A stretch of DNA of 64,000 nucleotides from a virus (IMGVR_UViG_3300035396_001032:1-64000), one strand, 5' to 3'. Positions 48,846 to 59,203 are shown, numbered from the stretch's first letter. Notes: a model not told the origin generated them from the letters alone. A program made the numbers and translations.

Positions 48846-51800
48846 GTGGCAAAAGTAAAAGTAACAAACACAAATCTCAACCAAAATCTAAATGGTACTA
48901 ATTTTAACGACACTCCTTCCAGTACGATATTTTCGTTTGGTAAGTTTTTCGTTACATCAAACTTTGATGGTAAGACTACTATAGATTACACCAACACATT
49001 AAGTTCTTTTGTTCGCCCAGTTACATTAGAAACAATGGGTGTGACAGATACACAGTCACAGATACTACAAACATATTCTACAAATGCGGTACTAAACCTT
49101 GATAAATCCGACTTAAATACGTTCGTTAGATATGGTTCAGCATACGAATTCTTAAGGGTTTCGATACAAAATATTATATTGGCATACCCCGGGAGTTTGT
49201 ACGCCAATACTCAGAAAAGACAAGGTGGTGTTCAAACATTTTCAGGATTTACATATGATGTTGTGAATAACGTTAGTACATTTTATGTTCCGACAGGATG
49301 TACAGTAAATACATTTGGTATTGTGTTCAATAATGGAAATGAAAATGTACCAGATAATTCGGAATTAAAAAATCTAAACGTTTCATATAGCAAATATGTT
49401 ATATCTACATCACTTGAACCCGATGCATCGTATCCAGTAATTGGTTTCACTGGAAATACAATTAATAGTAGTAATAATCTTAAAAAAAATTATTTAAGAT
49501 TTCAAGTTACTGGAAATCCATTTGCAGTATACGGAACAGGTAATACAGGTTTCTTAAGTTTTCACATTAAACCAAATAATCTAATTTTTGAGGAATATCG
49601 AGCATTATTGAATCCATATGAAAAATTTATTGTTTCAAATAGGGATGGTGTAAATGGTTTTAAGTTCACGCTAAAAGACCCAACTTTACTTGATGACGGT
49701 ACTATTACATATGCGGATGCAACATTGCTTTGGAATACTTCTGACGGTTATAATGTAGATATTAACACACCATCATATCAACAGTTTTTGAAAATTGCAT
49801 TAACTATTGGTGCAAAATACGATAAAGTAAAAACTGACTTAATTGCCAGATTTTTAACTCCTGCGTCACTTAAGACATATGACTATACTGAAGACGGTAA
49901 AATAACAAAGTTATTGAGAATATATGGTAGTGAATTCGACCAAATTAGGGAGTTTATTGATTCTTTGGTGTATATCAATAAGGTTACATACGATAAATTA
50001 AATAACGTTCCAGACCAATTGGTTAAGAACCTATCAAGAACATTTGGATGGGATTATTTCTCATTGGTAAATGAGGCAGAGTTGGTTGAAAGTTTTTTAA
50101 CTATTGACAGTAATGAAAGAAATTTAAATGAAGACATACTTCCTGCAGAAATTGATGTTGAACTCTGGAGAAGAATTATAAACAACACCAGCTATTTTTG
50201 GAAGTCTAAGGGTACTCGTCAGGCAATAAAATCGATGTTTTTATTAATAGGAATTCCTGAACCATTTATAAATATTACAGAATATGTATATACAGTCGAT
50301 GGAATCATTAACCCAAATACTGTGACATTAAGTCAATTGGACTTCCCTAATGCTTCATTACCTTATGATACTGAAGGTTATCCAGTAGCACCTCTGGAGT
50401 CATCATCATTTTATTTCCAGATTTCTGGTGATACAGATGGTGGTCAAGCATATATGAACAATTTTCGTAATGCAGGTTTTAATTTAAGTCAGACGGTTGA
50501 CAATAAAAAATCGTGGATGCAAACTGGTTCAACCACCAGAACACATTATAGTACCCCACAATATTATCAAGAAGATAGTAAGTTGATACTTAACACAAAA
50601 GAGGTTGATATTGCATTAGATACTGCGCAGGGCATTGAATATGACGTTTATAAGTATATTCAAGAAGATTTCAAGGCAAATTCAAGTGGATATACACTTT
50701 CTTATTCATATGTTAATATTTCATTAGGTGTTGGAGCAAGTCAAACAACATTCCCTCTACCACAAAAAACACAAGGAGATTTTGAGGTTAGATATAATGG
50801 AATTTTATTAAATGCACCAAAGACTGGAACAACTACTGGTGTTACATATCGTGCAGATTATAGTATTGATTATGTAAACAATACATTTACATTACTTGGT
50901 GGAATTGCAATAAATTCTGGTAATCGTAGGGATGTTATTCAAGCAACATATGTTTATAGTGGTGCAACTTCACAACCAATTAGTGGTATTACTGTACAAT
51001 ATGTTGTAACGAGAGTTAAACCAAACATAACTGGTACTATAATTCCATTGCCAAGTTATCCTCGTGGTGATGTGCAGGTTACTATTAATGGTATTGCACT
51101 TACGAAGGGTACACCACAGTTCAATGCAGACTACATACTTGACCCAGCAAATACTACTGGATATAGTCAAATTATTGTAAGTAATCCAGATGTAATCGCA
51201 TTTCTTGCAGGTAATCCTGAAGTGCAAATTGCATATGTTGAAGTTAATGGAAGTAATGATATTAATGCAAGAAGTGAGATTGTAAGGATTGACAGTTTTA
51301 ACTCAAGCAAGATTTATTTTAATCCTTCGGCAAACAAATACGTTTACAAGCTCAACTATAAAATGAATAATGCCAGCGATGTTAAGTTATTAATCGATGG
51401 TATTGCATTAGAACCTAACATGGACTATAGTCTTAATGTTATGAACCCTTATGAAATTTTCTTACCAAAGGGTTTAAGATATGGTACAGTAATTAGTGCC
51501 TATTATCTTGTTGGTGGTAATGCAGCATTTGCACCAGTTGTTGGTGATTCATTTGGTCTTGGAGACATAAGTAAACTATCATTTCTCGAATTCCTTGAAT
51601 TGGTTCAGAGAAAAATGATTAATGCAAGAAATAGAAAAACAATTTCAGATTTTAAGGGCGGTTGGTATCCAACAGTTCTTCAAATCTATGAAATGTATCT
51701 ACAAAGAGCCAATTTACCTGCAGATGACCCATTACATTCAAATGGTTATACTTTTGAAAACTTATATCCATTTTTGAGTAAATATAATGCATTCTTCCAA

Positions 51801-53234
51801 AGATTTGTTGACCAGTTATTATCTGCAACAATTATTATGAAGAGAAGTGGTTTATTGGTTAGAAATTCAATATTTACTAAACAAAAATTCATGTACAAAA
51901 GGGGAGTAAATGTTTCTGATGTTACATATGTTACTCCACCACCAGACCCATATTATTATGGCGGTTCAACACCTATTGGTCTTGGTAATCTAACTGGTAG
52001 AGCAACTGCTCAGTATCTTGGTGATGATGGTAGTATGTTTGTAATTGCACAAGAAGCTGAGTTACCACCTATTGAATTATATGTTGAAACTAAAGCAGGT
52101 AGTGCTGGAATTGGTAGATTAAATAATATAGGAGGTAAAAATATCAACTATCACGATATAATTAATCAATATGGCGTACAGTATAGACAAGGAACGTCAG
52201 GTGCATGGATTCAATATCCATTAATAAATGGTGCTCCATTAACTAATAATTATTCTCTTAGCATATCTGGTTTAACTGAAGACACTACTTATCAATATAG
52301 GGCAATCATTAAGTCAGATATTCTTAGTGCAACAGGTAATATATTATCGTTGAAAACATTATCATCTGCAGTAGTTTACCCAACACCTTCGGGATTAACC
52401 ACACAGAATACAAGTGCAACATCAACATCACTTGTTGGTACTGGTGCGCATACAATTCAAGGATATGACCGCATAGATTGGTATGGTATGCAGTATAGTG
52501 CAACAACTTGTGCATCTGCATTTAATGTGACTCCAAGTACGTTTAATGTTGGTAGTGGTGCTGCAACATGTAATGTAACGGTTGTTGGCGATGTTACAAA
52601 TACGTTTGGCGTTACAACATCATATCCTCTTGGTCAACCAACTGGATGGCTATTTCCAGTATTACCCGACCCGCCAACACCTGCAGGAATAATACAAACT
52701 GTTTCTGTGTGTGCTAATACTGGTGTTGCAAGGACTGGTTGTACGGTTTATACACCAACTGTTGGTACTGCAAAATGTGTTGTATTTAATCAAGCGAATG
52801 GTGTTCCAGCATCTAACGCAATTAATGTTTGTTGTATTGGTAGTTCAACAACTCCAAGTGATTCAGATATGTGTGGTAAATTATGTCCAACAACAACAAT
52901 GATAAGTGGTCAAAATTATTATGCAACATTTAATTGGCGTATAACAAAAGCAGCATCAAGTATTATTGCAGGTGCTTGTGTTTGTATCGTATGTAATGGT
53001 ACTTGCTTATATGGCTGCGCAATAGACACGAAACTCGCAAAAAATTTATCAGGAAACTGGAGTGGAATACCTGTGGATTATAACGATAATGTTTATTTAT
53101 GTGCTTGTGCATGTAATGACAATCCTTCAGATAATGTATTGGGATGTATAACATTAGCATCAATAACAAATGGTGTTGGTACATATAGTATTGGTACACC
53201 AACATATGTAATTAGTACTGTGGGTAGTGCATAA
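48846..53234 (+). CDS. Large baseplate/tail protein (P2 gpI/T4 gp7-like segment, FN3-like domain, Cys-rich C-terminus)
   Basis: LSRTFGWD...WKSKGTRQAIKSMF wedge-type motif; GLTEDTTYQYRA FN3-like motif; about 18 Cys in the last ~240 aa. Confidence 0.65.
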   Translation: MAKVKVTNTNLNQNLNGTNFNDTPSSTIFSFGKFFVTSNFDGKTTIDYTNTLSSFVRPVTLETMGVTDTQSQILQTYSTNAVLNLDKSDLNTFVRYGSAYEFLRVSIQNIILAYPGSLYANTQKRQGGVQTFSGFTYDVVNNVSTFYVPTGCTVNTFGIVFNNGNENVPDNSELKNLNVSYSKYVISTSLEPDASYPVIGFTGNTINSSNNLKKNYLRFQVTGNPFAVYGTGNTGFLSFHIKPNNLIFEEYRALLNPYEKFIVSNRDGVNGFKFTLKDPTLLDDGTITYADATLLWNTSDGYNVDINTPSYQQFLKIALTIGAKYDKVKTDLIARFLTPASLKTYDYTEDGKITKLLRIYGSEFDQIREFIDSLVYINKVTYDKLNNVPDQLVKNLSRTFGWDYFSLVNEAELVESFLTIDSNERNLNEDILPAEIDVELWRRIINNTSYFWKSKGTRQAIKSMFLLIGIPEPFINITEYVYTVDGIINPNTVTLSQLDFPNASLPYDTEGYPVAPLESSSFYFQISGDTDGGQAYMNNFRNAGFNLSQTVDNKKSWMQTGSTTRTHYSTPQYYQEDSKLILNTKEVDIALDTAQGIEYDVYKYIQEDFKANSSGYTLSYSYVNISLGVGASQTTFPLPQKTQGDFEVRYNGILLNAPKTGTTTGVTYRADYSIDYVNNTFTLLGGIAINSGNRRDVIQATYVYSGATSQPISGITVQYVVTRVKPNITGTIIPLPSYPRGDVQVTINGIALTKGTPQFNADYILDPANTTGYSQIIVSNPDVIAFLAGNPEVQIAYVEVNGSNDINARSEIVRIDSFNSSKIYFNPSANKYVYKLNYKMNNASDVKLLIDGIALEPNMDYSLNVMNPYEIFLPKGLRYGTVISAYYLVGGNAAFAPVVGDSFGLGDISKLSFLEFLELVQRKMINARNRKTISDFKGGWYPTVLQIYEMYLQRANLPADDPLHSNGYTFENLYPFLSKYNAFFQRFVDQLLSATIIMKRSGLLVRNSIFTKQKFMYKRGVNVSDVTYVTPPPDPYYYGGSTPIGLGNLTGRATAQYLGDDGSMFVIAQEAELPPIELYVETKAGSAGIGRLNNIGGKNINYHDIINQYGVQYRQGTSGAWIQYPLINGAPLTNNYSLSISGLTEDTTYQYRAIIKSDILSATGNILSLKTLSSAVVYPTPSGLTTQNTSATSTSLVGTGAHTIQGYDRIDWYGMQYSATTCASAFNVTPSTFNVGSGAATCNVTVVGDVTNTFGVTTSYPLGQPTGWLFPVLPDPPTPAGIIQTVSVCANTGVARTGCTVYTPTVGTAKCVVFNQANGVPASNAINVCCIGSSTTPSDSDMCGKLCPTTTMISGQNYYATFNWRITKAASSIIAGACVCIVCNGTCLYGCAIDTKLAKNLSGNWSGIPVDYNDNVYLCACACNDNPSDNVLGCITLASITNGVGTYSIGTPTYVISTVGSA

Positions 53235-53240
53235 AAATTA

Positions 53241-53248
53241 GTATTTAT
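53241..53248 (+). promoter_or_regulatory. Putative phage late promoter motif GTATTTAT
   Basis: Intergenic; 30 nt before the ATG at 53271. Confidence 0.55.
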
Positions 53249-53270
53249 ATGAAAATAAAAGGTATTTAAT

Positions 53271-53792
53271 ATGACATGGTCAACTACAACACCCTTAAAG
53301 GCGGGTCCGCTTGGTAGTAATTCATATAATTTCACAATTACTGGATTAACTGAGGGTACAAATTATATTTATAGAGCATATTTTCTCGTGGATAGTGTGG
53401 AGTATTATGGAGACATACTTACAGGAACAACATTATCTGCATCACTTGTAGTGCCAACAATGACTACAGGTATTGCTACGAACATACTTTCAGTTGATTT
53501 TTTTGTCACAGGCAATACTGTTGACAATAATGGTGGTGCACCTATCTTGGAATATGGTACGTTACATACACAAATTGGTGTGGCAGGTAGTCCTGCCCAT
53601 ATGACATATACCAATCCTAATGTTAATATAGTCTCAACGCTTTCCAATATCTCGGTTGGTATTCCATATACTAATACCGTAACTGGTCTTGCTGAAGGTA
53701 CATTGACCTATTATCGTTCATTTGCAAGGAATGCTCTTGGTGTTGGGTACGGTAGTGTTAAAACTGCATTAACTGAAACAGGTGGAACGTAA
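53271..53792 (+). CDS. Fibronectin type III domain protein
   Basis: GLTEGTNYIYRAY and GLAEGTLTYYRSFARNALGVGYG FN3 signatures. Confidence 0.75.
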   Translation: MTWSTTTPLKAGPLGSNSYNFTITGLTEGTNYIYRAYFLVDSVEYYGDILTGTTLSASLVVPTMTTGIATNILSVDFFVTGNTVDNNGGAPILEYGTLHTQIGVAGSPAHMTYTNPNVNIVSTLSNISVGIPYTNTVTGLAEGTLTYYRSFARNALGVGYGSVKTALTETGGT

Positions 53793-53804
53793 AAAAAATT
53801 ACTC

Positions 53805-53812
53805 GTATTTAT
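53805..53812 (+). promoter_or_regulatory. Putative phage late promoter motif GTATTTAT
   Basis: Intergenic; 24 nt before the ATG at 53829. Confidence 0.65.
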
Positions 53813-53828
53813 GATAAAGAATAAATAA

Positions 53829-55133
53829 ATGGCATTCATCGATAAAAGTGACCCAATTGTATTAAACATAAAATTAACTTCTAAAGGTAGGGAATTACTA
53901 TCGAGAGGCACGTTAAATTTTAAGTATTATGCTCTTGGTGATAGTGAAATGAATTATGAATTAAATGCTGAATTAGAAGCAGCAGATGCTAACTATACTG
54001 CATTTAATGCGAATATATTAAGACCTGTGGATAAGAATCCAAACATTATCTCATTTATTCCAAGAAATTTAAATGGTGACCCATATAATTTACTTTCAAC
54101 AGTACCTGTAACTTCATATGTTGTTGAAAACTCGATTGAACCAATAGGTTTTTTTGCCAATAGTGGAACTACATTTATTACTGATAGTAATCATGTGAAA
54201 CAACCTGATGCAAGAGTTCAAGTTAGTACAGTTACTGGTGGCTATAATTTAACATTAAAAAAAGCAAGTACATATGGTTCAAGTGGTGAAGAACCTAAAG
54301 CTGGAGACCTATTGTTTATTAGATGGACTCATGGAAGTAGTACGACTTCAAGCACATATGCAGTTAACAAGACTTATCCAACCCCGAATCTATTTTACAA
54401 AATTGTAAATATTAATGCTGGTGCATTAGCTAATGTAAATGGTGTTAGTGTTACTGTTGATAGGTTGCTACCTAATTTCACAGGAGTAGTTAGTACAGTA
54501 TATGCTGCAGCAATGATTTACTACAATCAAATTGATTTCAGTGGAAATACTGCATTTAATATGACATCTACTGAATATCTTGATGAAAGTGTAATCTCAT
54601 TTTTACAAAACAGTCAATGTCCAACAATCGTATTTCCATTTTGGAATATGACAATTGTTCATACAGAAGAAATTGCTGGTGTACAAGCATCAAACTTGAA
54701 ATTCACTCAATTTAAAAACAAAGCATTTGGTGGATTCGTATCATACATTCAAAATCAAGCACCTGCTTATAAAAGACTTGGAGTTATTCATTACACGAAT
54801 TCAAGTCCTGCAAACGTATATGCAGAAGGTTTTAATTTAAAAACACCTGTGCTTGATATACCAACAATAATGTATCACAGGTCAACTGGAAAAACATTAG
54901 GATTGAAATTGGTGGCAAAGGGTGCATTAAAATATTTAACTGGTGCAAAAAAATCATTAAATCTTAGGTATTATAACTTGTATGATATTAATGATTTATC
55001 ACTAACATATCCACTTGGCAAAGTATTTAATGATTTAAAAGTGTTTGTAATTGAAGACCAAGAACTATTATATGCAATGTCATATAAGTCAAATAGGTCT
55101 TGGACATTACCAAATTACGCAATAAGTAAATAA
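53829..55133 (+). CDS. Baseplate/tail-associated structural protein
   Basis: N-terminal LTSKGRELLS...YYALGDSE resembles tail-collar/fibre-attachment N-termini. Confidence 0.55.
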   Translation: MAFIDKSDPIVLNIKLTSKGRELLSRGTLNFKYYALGDSEMNYELNAELEAADANYTAFNANILRPVDKNPNIISFIPRNLNGDPYNLLSTVPVTSYVVENSIEPIGFFANSGTTFITDSNHVKQPDARVQVSTVTGGYNLTLKKASTYGSSGEEPKAGDLLFIRWTHGSSTTSSTYAVNKTYPTPNLFYKIVNINAGALANVNGVSVTVDRLLPNFTGVVSTVYAAAMIYYNQIDFSGNTAFNMTSTEYLDESVISFLQNSQCPTIVFPFWNMTIVHTEEIAGVQASNLKFTQFKNKAFGGFVSYIQNQAPAYKRLGVIHYTNSSPANVYAEGFNLKTPVLDIPTIMYHRSTGKTLGLKLVAKGALKYLTGAKKSLNLRYYNLYDINDLSLTYPLGKVFNDLKVFVIEDQELLYAMSYKSNRSWTLPNYAISK

Positions 55134-55141
55134 ATATTAAA

Positions 55142-55843
55142 ATGAATTATACTGTTTTTACAACATATGCCTTAGTTCCAACTGGAAACACTGCTGGATA
55201 TAAACAAGCAATACATTGCAATTATATTAAAAGTGTTGAAATCGATACCGATAATCTATATATTCAAGAAATTAGTTTGAATTTCTCTAATAGTAGTGAT
55301 TTTAAGTTTTTAAATACAGGCATTGGTTCTACAGGATTTACTGTACATAGAATTTACATGTTGATTCAAACAGGTATTACTGCAACAAATCTTAAACCAG
55401 ATGCTGCAAACTGGAAGGTTTATGATGTTACGAGTCAAATTACTGGATATGCGGGTGTGTTAACCCCTTCTGGATTAACAGGTGTGGTATTCAAAGCACC
55501 ACTAAACCTTTATGCAGGGAAATCTACATATGATTTATCGTATCTTAATTACCCATCAACAAGTCAAACCTCAGCATTAGCATTTGGTGATGAAACATAT
55601 TTCTTTGGAAATGTGACAACTGATATTAAAGCAGATGTCTATACCACAGACTTATCGATTACATTATCATTAAACCAATTCAATTCAAGTGATAATTTAA
55701 CTTGGACTGGTGGTAAGGTTTATGTAACAGAAGTTGGACTATATGATAGCAACAAAAACCTTGTTGGTATTGCCAAACTTAATGACCCTGTTCCCAAAGA
55801 TTCTTCGATTTCCAGAACAATTGTATTCGCAATTGATTTTTAA
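55142..55843 (+). CDS. Baseplate/tail-collar-like structural protein
   Basis: C-terminal VYVTEVGLYDSNKNLVGIAKLNDPVPK...FAIDF resembles the tail-collar fibre-attachment fold. Confidence 0.6.
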   Translation: MNYTVFTTYALVPTGNTAGYKQAIHCNYIKSVEIDTDNLYIQEISLNFSNSSDFKFLNTGIGSTGFTVHRIYMLIQTGITATNLKPDAANWKVYDVTSQITGYAGVLTPSGLTGVVFKAPLNLYAGKSTYDLSYLNYPSTSQTSALAFGDETYFFGNVTTDIKADVYTTDLSITLSLNQFNSSDNLTWTGGKVYVTEVGLYDSNKNLVGIAKLNDPVPKDSSISRTIVFAIDF

Positions 55844-55886
55844 TTAAAGAAAATCATAAAATTTTATATTTTTTTATAGTTTCTTA

Positions 55887-55894
55887 GTATTTAT
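55887..55894 (+). promoter_or_regulatory. Putative phage late promoter motif GTATTTAT
   Basis: Intergenic; 35 nt before the ATG at 55922. Confidence 0.45.
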
Positions 55895-55921
55895 TATAAA
55901 TTATGACAATAATAATAATTT

Positions 55922-56149
55922 ATGATACATATGAAAGAATTACTTACACTTAGTGACACAAAGCCAAAATCAATAATAATTGAAGGCGACCTACACAATG
56001 CATTCAAGCTATTATGTAAAGGAAAAAGTATGAAAATTGGTGGAGTTATTGAAGATTTAATCAAACTTTATCTCAGAGACCCCAAGAATGTTCAAAAAAT
56101 GATTGATGAAATGAAAGACGAAAGAATAGTTTTTCAGCAGTTAAAATAA
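55922..56149 (+). CDS. Small ribbon-helix-helix-like DNA-binding protein
   Basis: KSIIIEGDLHNAFKLLC...IGGVIEDLIKLYL strand-helix-helix pattern. Confidence 0.55.
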   Translation: MIHMKELLTLSDTKPKSIIIEGDLHNAFKLLCKGKSMKIGGVIEDLIKLYLRDPKNVQKMIDEMKDERIVFQQLK

Positions 56150-56154
56150 TCAAT

Positions 56155-56766
56155 ATGGAAAAATATATCTGGTCATTAGACATAAGTACTACTAATATAG
56201 GTAGTGCTTTATGGGATAATAAGGGCAAACTTATTGAACTCAAGCATCTTGAGTTAAAAACTGACAAAAATACTCCTGTTGAGGACAGGGATATTCACAA
56301 GGCAGAAATTTTCAGGAAATACGTTGAAGATTATAAGGCACGCATTTTAAATGAACTCAATGGTGAAATTATTCACATTATTGTTGAAGAACCTCTGGGT
56401 GGCAGCAATAACGCAAATACTGTGTCATTACTATATGGTTTCAATGGTATTTGTAGGTATATATTATTTACAATCTTTGAAATATATCCCAAGAAAATTA
56501 GTGTATATGATAGTCGTAAGCTATTCTGTACTGAATTGGTTAAAATTTCTAAGGTAAAGGGTGAGTTAAAAGAAACACTTAGTTTCCCACCTGAATATCG
56601 TGATGAAAAAAAGTTGTATATCTGGAAAAAGGTTTGTAATTTAGAGCCGCAAATTGAATGGTTTTACAAGAAAGACAGTAAAGAACCAAAAGACATGTGT
56701 TTTGATATGTCAGATAGTTATGCTGTTGGCTTTGCAGGACTTAAGCAATTGGGTATTATTAAATGA
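56155..56766 (+). CDS. RuvC-like Holliday junction resolvase
   Basis: IWSLDISTTNIG, IIVEEP and DMSDSYAVG acidic RNase H-fold catalytic motifs. Confidence 0.8.
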   Translation: MEKYIWSLDISTTNIGSALWDNKGKLIELKHLELKTDKNTPVEDRDIHKAEIFRKYVEDYKARILNELNGEIIHIIVEEPLGGSNNANTVSLLYGFNGICRYILFTIFEIYPKKISVYDSRKLFCTELVKISKVKGELKETLSFPPEYRDEKKLYIWKKVCNLEPQIEWFYKKDSKEPKDMCFDMSDSYAVGFAGLKQLGIIK

Positions 56767-57116
56767 GGAAACACAACTTAGTAACATCAACAAACCCACA
56801 TGATAAGGTTAAATATGTTTATTTAATACAGTCATTAGAAAATGGGTATTATAAAATAGGGGTATCGAAGCATCCCCAAAAAAGAAGAAGTGGATTACAA
56901 ACAGGTAATCCATCACCAATCAAAGTAATTGACACATATTCGTCAATGTTTGCACACCTAATTGAAAGAACCTTACAGAGAAGGTATGAATATCTTCGTA
57001 AAGAGGGTGAATGGTTTGATTTATCTCTCCAAGAGGAACTTTCATTCCATAAAAACTGCCAACAAATCGAAGAAAATCTAATTTTTTTGAAAAAAAGTGG
57101 TAATGTATTTATATAA
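56763..57116 (+). CDS. GIY-YIG nuclease (T5orf172/MUG113-like)
   Basis: YVYLIQ...YYKIGVSKHPQKR...LQTGNP...E...EGEWF. Confidence 0.88.
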   Translation: MRKHNLVTSTNPHDKVKYVYLIQSLENGYYKIGVSKHPQKRRSGLQTGNPSPIKVIDTYSSMFAHLIERTLQRRYEYLRKEGEWFDLSLQEELSFHKNCQQIEENLIFLKKSGNVFI

Positions 57117-57120
57117 ACCC

Positions 57121-57151
57121 TTGTGTTTTCAATATTTTTGTTATAGTTTTG
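57121..57151 (+). promoter_or_regulatory. Bacteroidota primary-sigma promoter
   Basis: TTG at 57121-57123, 20-nt spacer, TAGTTTTG at 57144-57151. Confidence 0.65.
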
Positions 57152-57190
57152 ACAAAAATTCAAATAATTCTATATAAATTATTTTCTAAT

Positions 57191-58627
57191 ATGAAAAGAG
57201 AACGAATTGAAAAAGCAGTAGAAGTTATCAATTATGCAATACAAAATCAAATATCGGTTAAGGAAGCGTCAGTCAAGTGTGGATTTGCTGACACCTATGT
57301 AAAAAACGTTAAAGCAATTGCTTATGACGAATATACGTCAGGAGTCCTTGATGATGAATTATTTGGCATATTTACTGAAGCATATGCCAGATATGAAAAT
57401 AGAGGAATTTTACGAGACGTAGAAACCAACGAAAAACCTAAAGACCTTCCTAAATCTGAAGGTGAACAAACAAAATTTGATGTAAAAGGAAATGAAGCTG
57501 AGATTGAGTGGAAAAGCGGTTCTAACTATCCTGCAGACCATATTAAAACTCTCGATGAATTACTTAAAATCTGTGATGTTGACACTGAAATCTGGGGTGT
57601 TAAAGACTATACAGTAAATAAATGGGATGTCACAGCCATTATTGATAAAACCCCAAAGACCTTCCAAAACTTCCAAGTTAAAGCACGTCTGGAAAAAAAT
57701 GTTGTTGCCAGTGATGCATTGTACATCGAGAAGATGTTCAAAAATATGGTGAAGAACTATGAACCACCAGTGCTTAATTGGACTAAAATACAAAACAGTT
57801 TTGATAATAACGAAAATAATCTCTTGGAGATTTCAATTTTTGACCTACATATTGGAAAACTTGCTTGGGGTGGAGAAACTGGTGAAAACTACGATACTAA
57901 AATTGCACGTGAAAGATTTCTATCTTCAATCGAAAAACTGTTGAAAAACGCAAGTGGATTCCCATATTCAAGAATACTCTTCCCAATTGGTAATGATTTC
58001 TTCAACAGTGACACAATTTTTAACACGACAACTAAAGGAACACAACAAGACGAAGACTTACGTTGGCAGAAAACGTTTAATGTAGGTGTAAGACTTCTTG
58101 TTGATGCAATTAATATGTTGAAACAAACGGGAGTGCCTGTGGACGTGGTGGTTATCCCCGGGAATCACGACTTCGAACGTAGCTACTACATGGGTAAATA
58201 TCTCGAAGCATGGTTCAACAATGACCCCTCAGTTTGGATAAACAATGGTGCTTCTCCAAGAAAATATTACCGTTTTGGTAACGTATTACTTGGTTTAACG
58301 CATGGTAGTGAAGAAAAAGAAAGTAGCTTACCAATGTTAATGGCAACAGACATTGAGTCCAAACCATTGTGGAGTGAAACCAAGTTCCACGAATGGCACT
58401 TAGGACATATTCATAGAAAACGTAATGTGAAGTATGAAATTAACAGGTCGAGACCATTGAATGAAGACTTAGGTGTTACAGTAAGATATTTGTCAAGTCT
58501 TACTGGAACAGAAGAATGGCATCATAAAAAAGGATTTGTTGGTTGTACTAAAGCAGCAGATGCTTTTATCTGGAATTACGAGTTTGGGTTAATCGCTCAC
58601 TTAAATACAAATTTAATAATTGAATAA
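57191..58627 (+). CDS. Calcineurin-like metallophosphoesterase with N-terminal helical/HTH-like region
   Basis: FDLHIG, GNDFFN, PGNHD, LTHG, GHIH. Start moved to ATG 57191 because the TTG at 57149 lies inside the -7 element. Confidence 0.85.
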   Translation: MKRERIEKAVEVINYAIQNQISVKEASVKCGFADTYVKNVKAIAYDEYTSGVLDDELFGIFTEAYARYENRGILRDVETNEKPKDLPKSEGEQTKFDVKGNEAEIEWKSGSNYPADHIKTLDELLKICDVDTEIWGVKDYTVNKWDVTAIIDKTPKTFQNFQVKARLEKNVVASDALYIEKMFKNMVKNYEPPVLNWTKIQNSFDNNENNLLEISIFDLHIGKLAWGGETGENYDTKIARERFLSSIEKLLKNASGFPYSRILFPIGNDFFNSDTIFNTTTKGTQQDEDLRWQKTFNVGVRLLVDAINMLKQTGVPVDVVVIPGNHDFERSYYMGKYLEAWFNNDPSVWINNGASPRKYYRFGNVLLGLTHGSEEKESSLPMLMATDIESKPLWSETKFHEWHLGHIHRKRNVKYEINRSRPLNEDLGVTVRYLSSLTGTEEWHHKKGFVGCTKAADAFIWNYEFGLIAHLNTNLIIE

Positions 58628-58630
58628 TAT

Positions 58631-59185
58631 ATGGCAAAAAATTTAATGAATTTGGCAAAAGGTGGTAATAAGAAAACCATACCTGCCGTTAAAAAACCTG
58701 TTGAAAAGAAGGTTGTTGCAAAAACAATTTCACCTGCAGAAGAACGTGACTTGAAAGCAAAAGCAAAAGTAGAAGAACTATTACAAGATGTGAATCTATC
58801 GCCAATTGCTAAGGAAGAACTACTTGAGATTGAAGCAAATGATGATGACGATGCACCAAAAGGTGCGGAATGGCTTGAAGAACAAGTAACACTTTTAACT
58901 GAAAAGAACGAATTGTTACGAAGTGAATTAGCACTTGCAAAAGAAGATTATGCAAGACTATTTCATGACCATCAGCAAATGAGAGGTGGCGGTGTTGTTG
59001 GCGGTACAAATGACGGTGCTGTTGCTGCAAAAGTAATTGAATTGTTCAATGAATTGCAGGATAATCACATTAAATTGGGGACTGATATGAATACTGGAAT
59101 TGGTAATTTCAGGATTTTCTGCCCCGGTTTTCTCAACCGAATGATATCCTTTTTCCCCTTCTTAGCTACCGAAAGAAGATACTAA
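58631..59185 (+). CDS. Hypothetical coiled-coil protein
   Basis: 184 aa; central heptad region. Confidence 0.6.
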   Translation: MAKNLMNLAKGGNKKTIPAVKKPVEKKVVAKTISPAEERDLKAKAKVEELLQDVNLSPIAKEELLEIEANDDDDAPKGAEWLEEQVTLLTEKNELLRSELALAKEDYARLFHDHQQMRGGGVVGGTNDGAVAAKVIELFNELQDNHIKLGTDMNTGIGNFRIFCPGFLNRMISFFPFLATERRY

Positions 59186-59203
59186 CTAAACTAAATTTAA
59201 ATG

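Noticed and set aside
57105-57112. GTATTTAT copy near the end of the GIY-YIG gene, and copies at 969, 5600, 11622, 13753, 16207 and 47728
   Set aside because: They lie inside coding sequence without the 23-25 nt spacing to a plausible start, consistent with chance occurrence.
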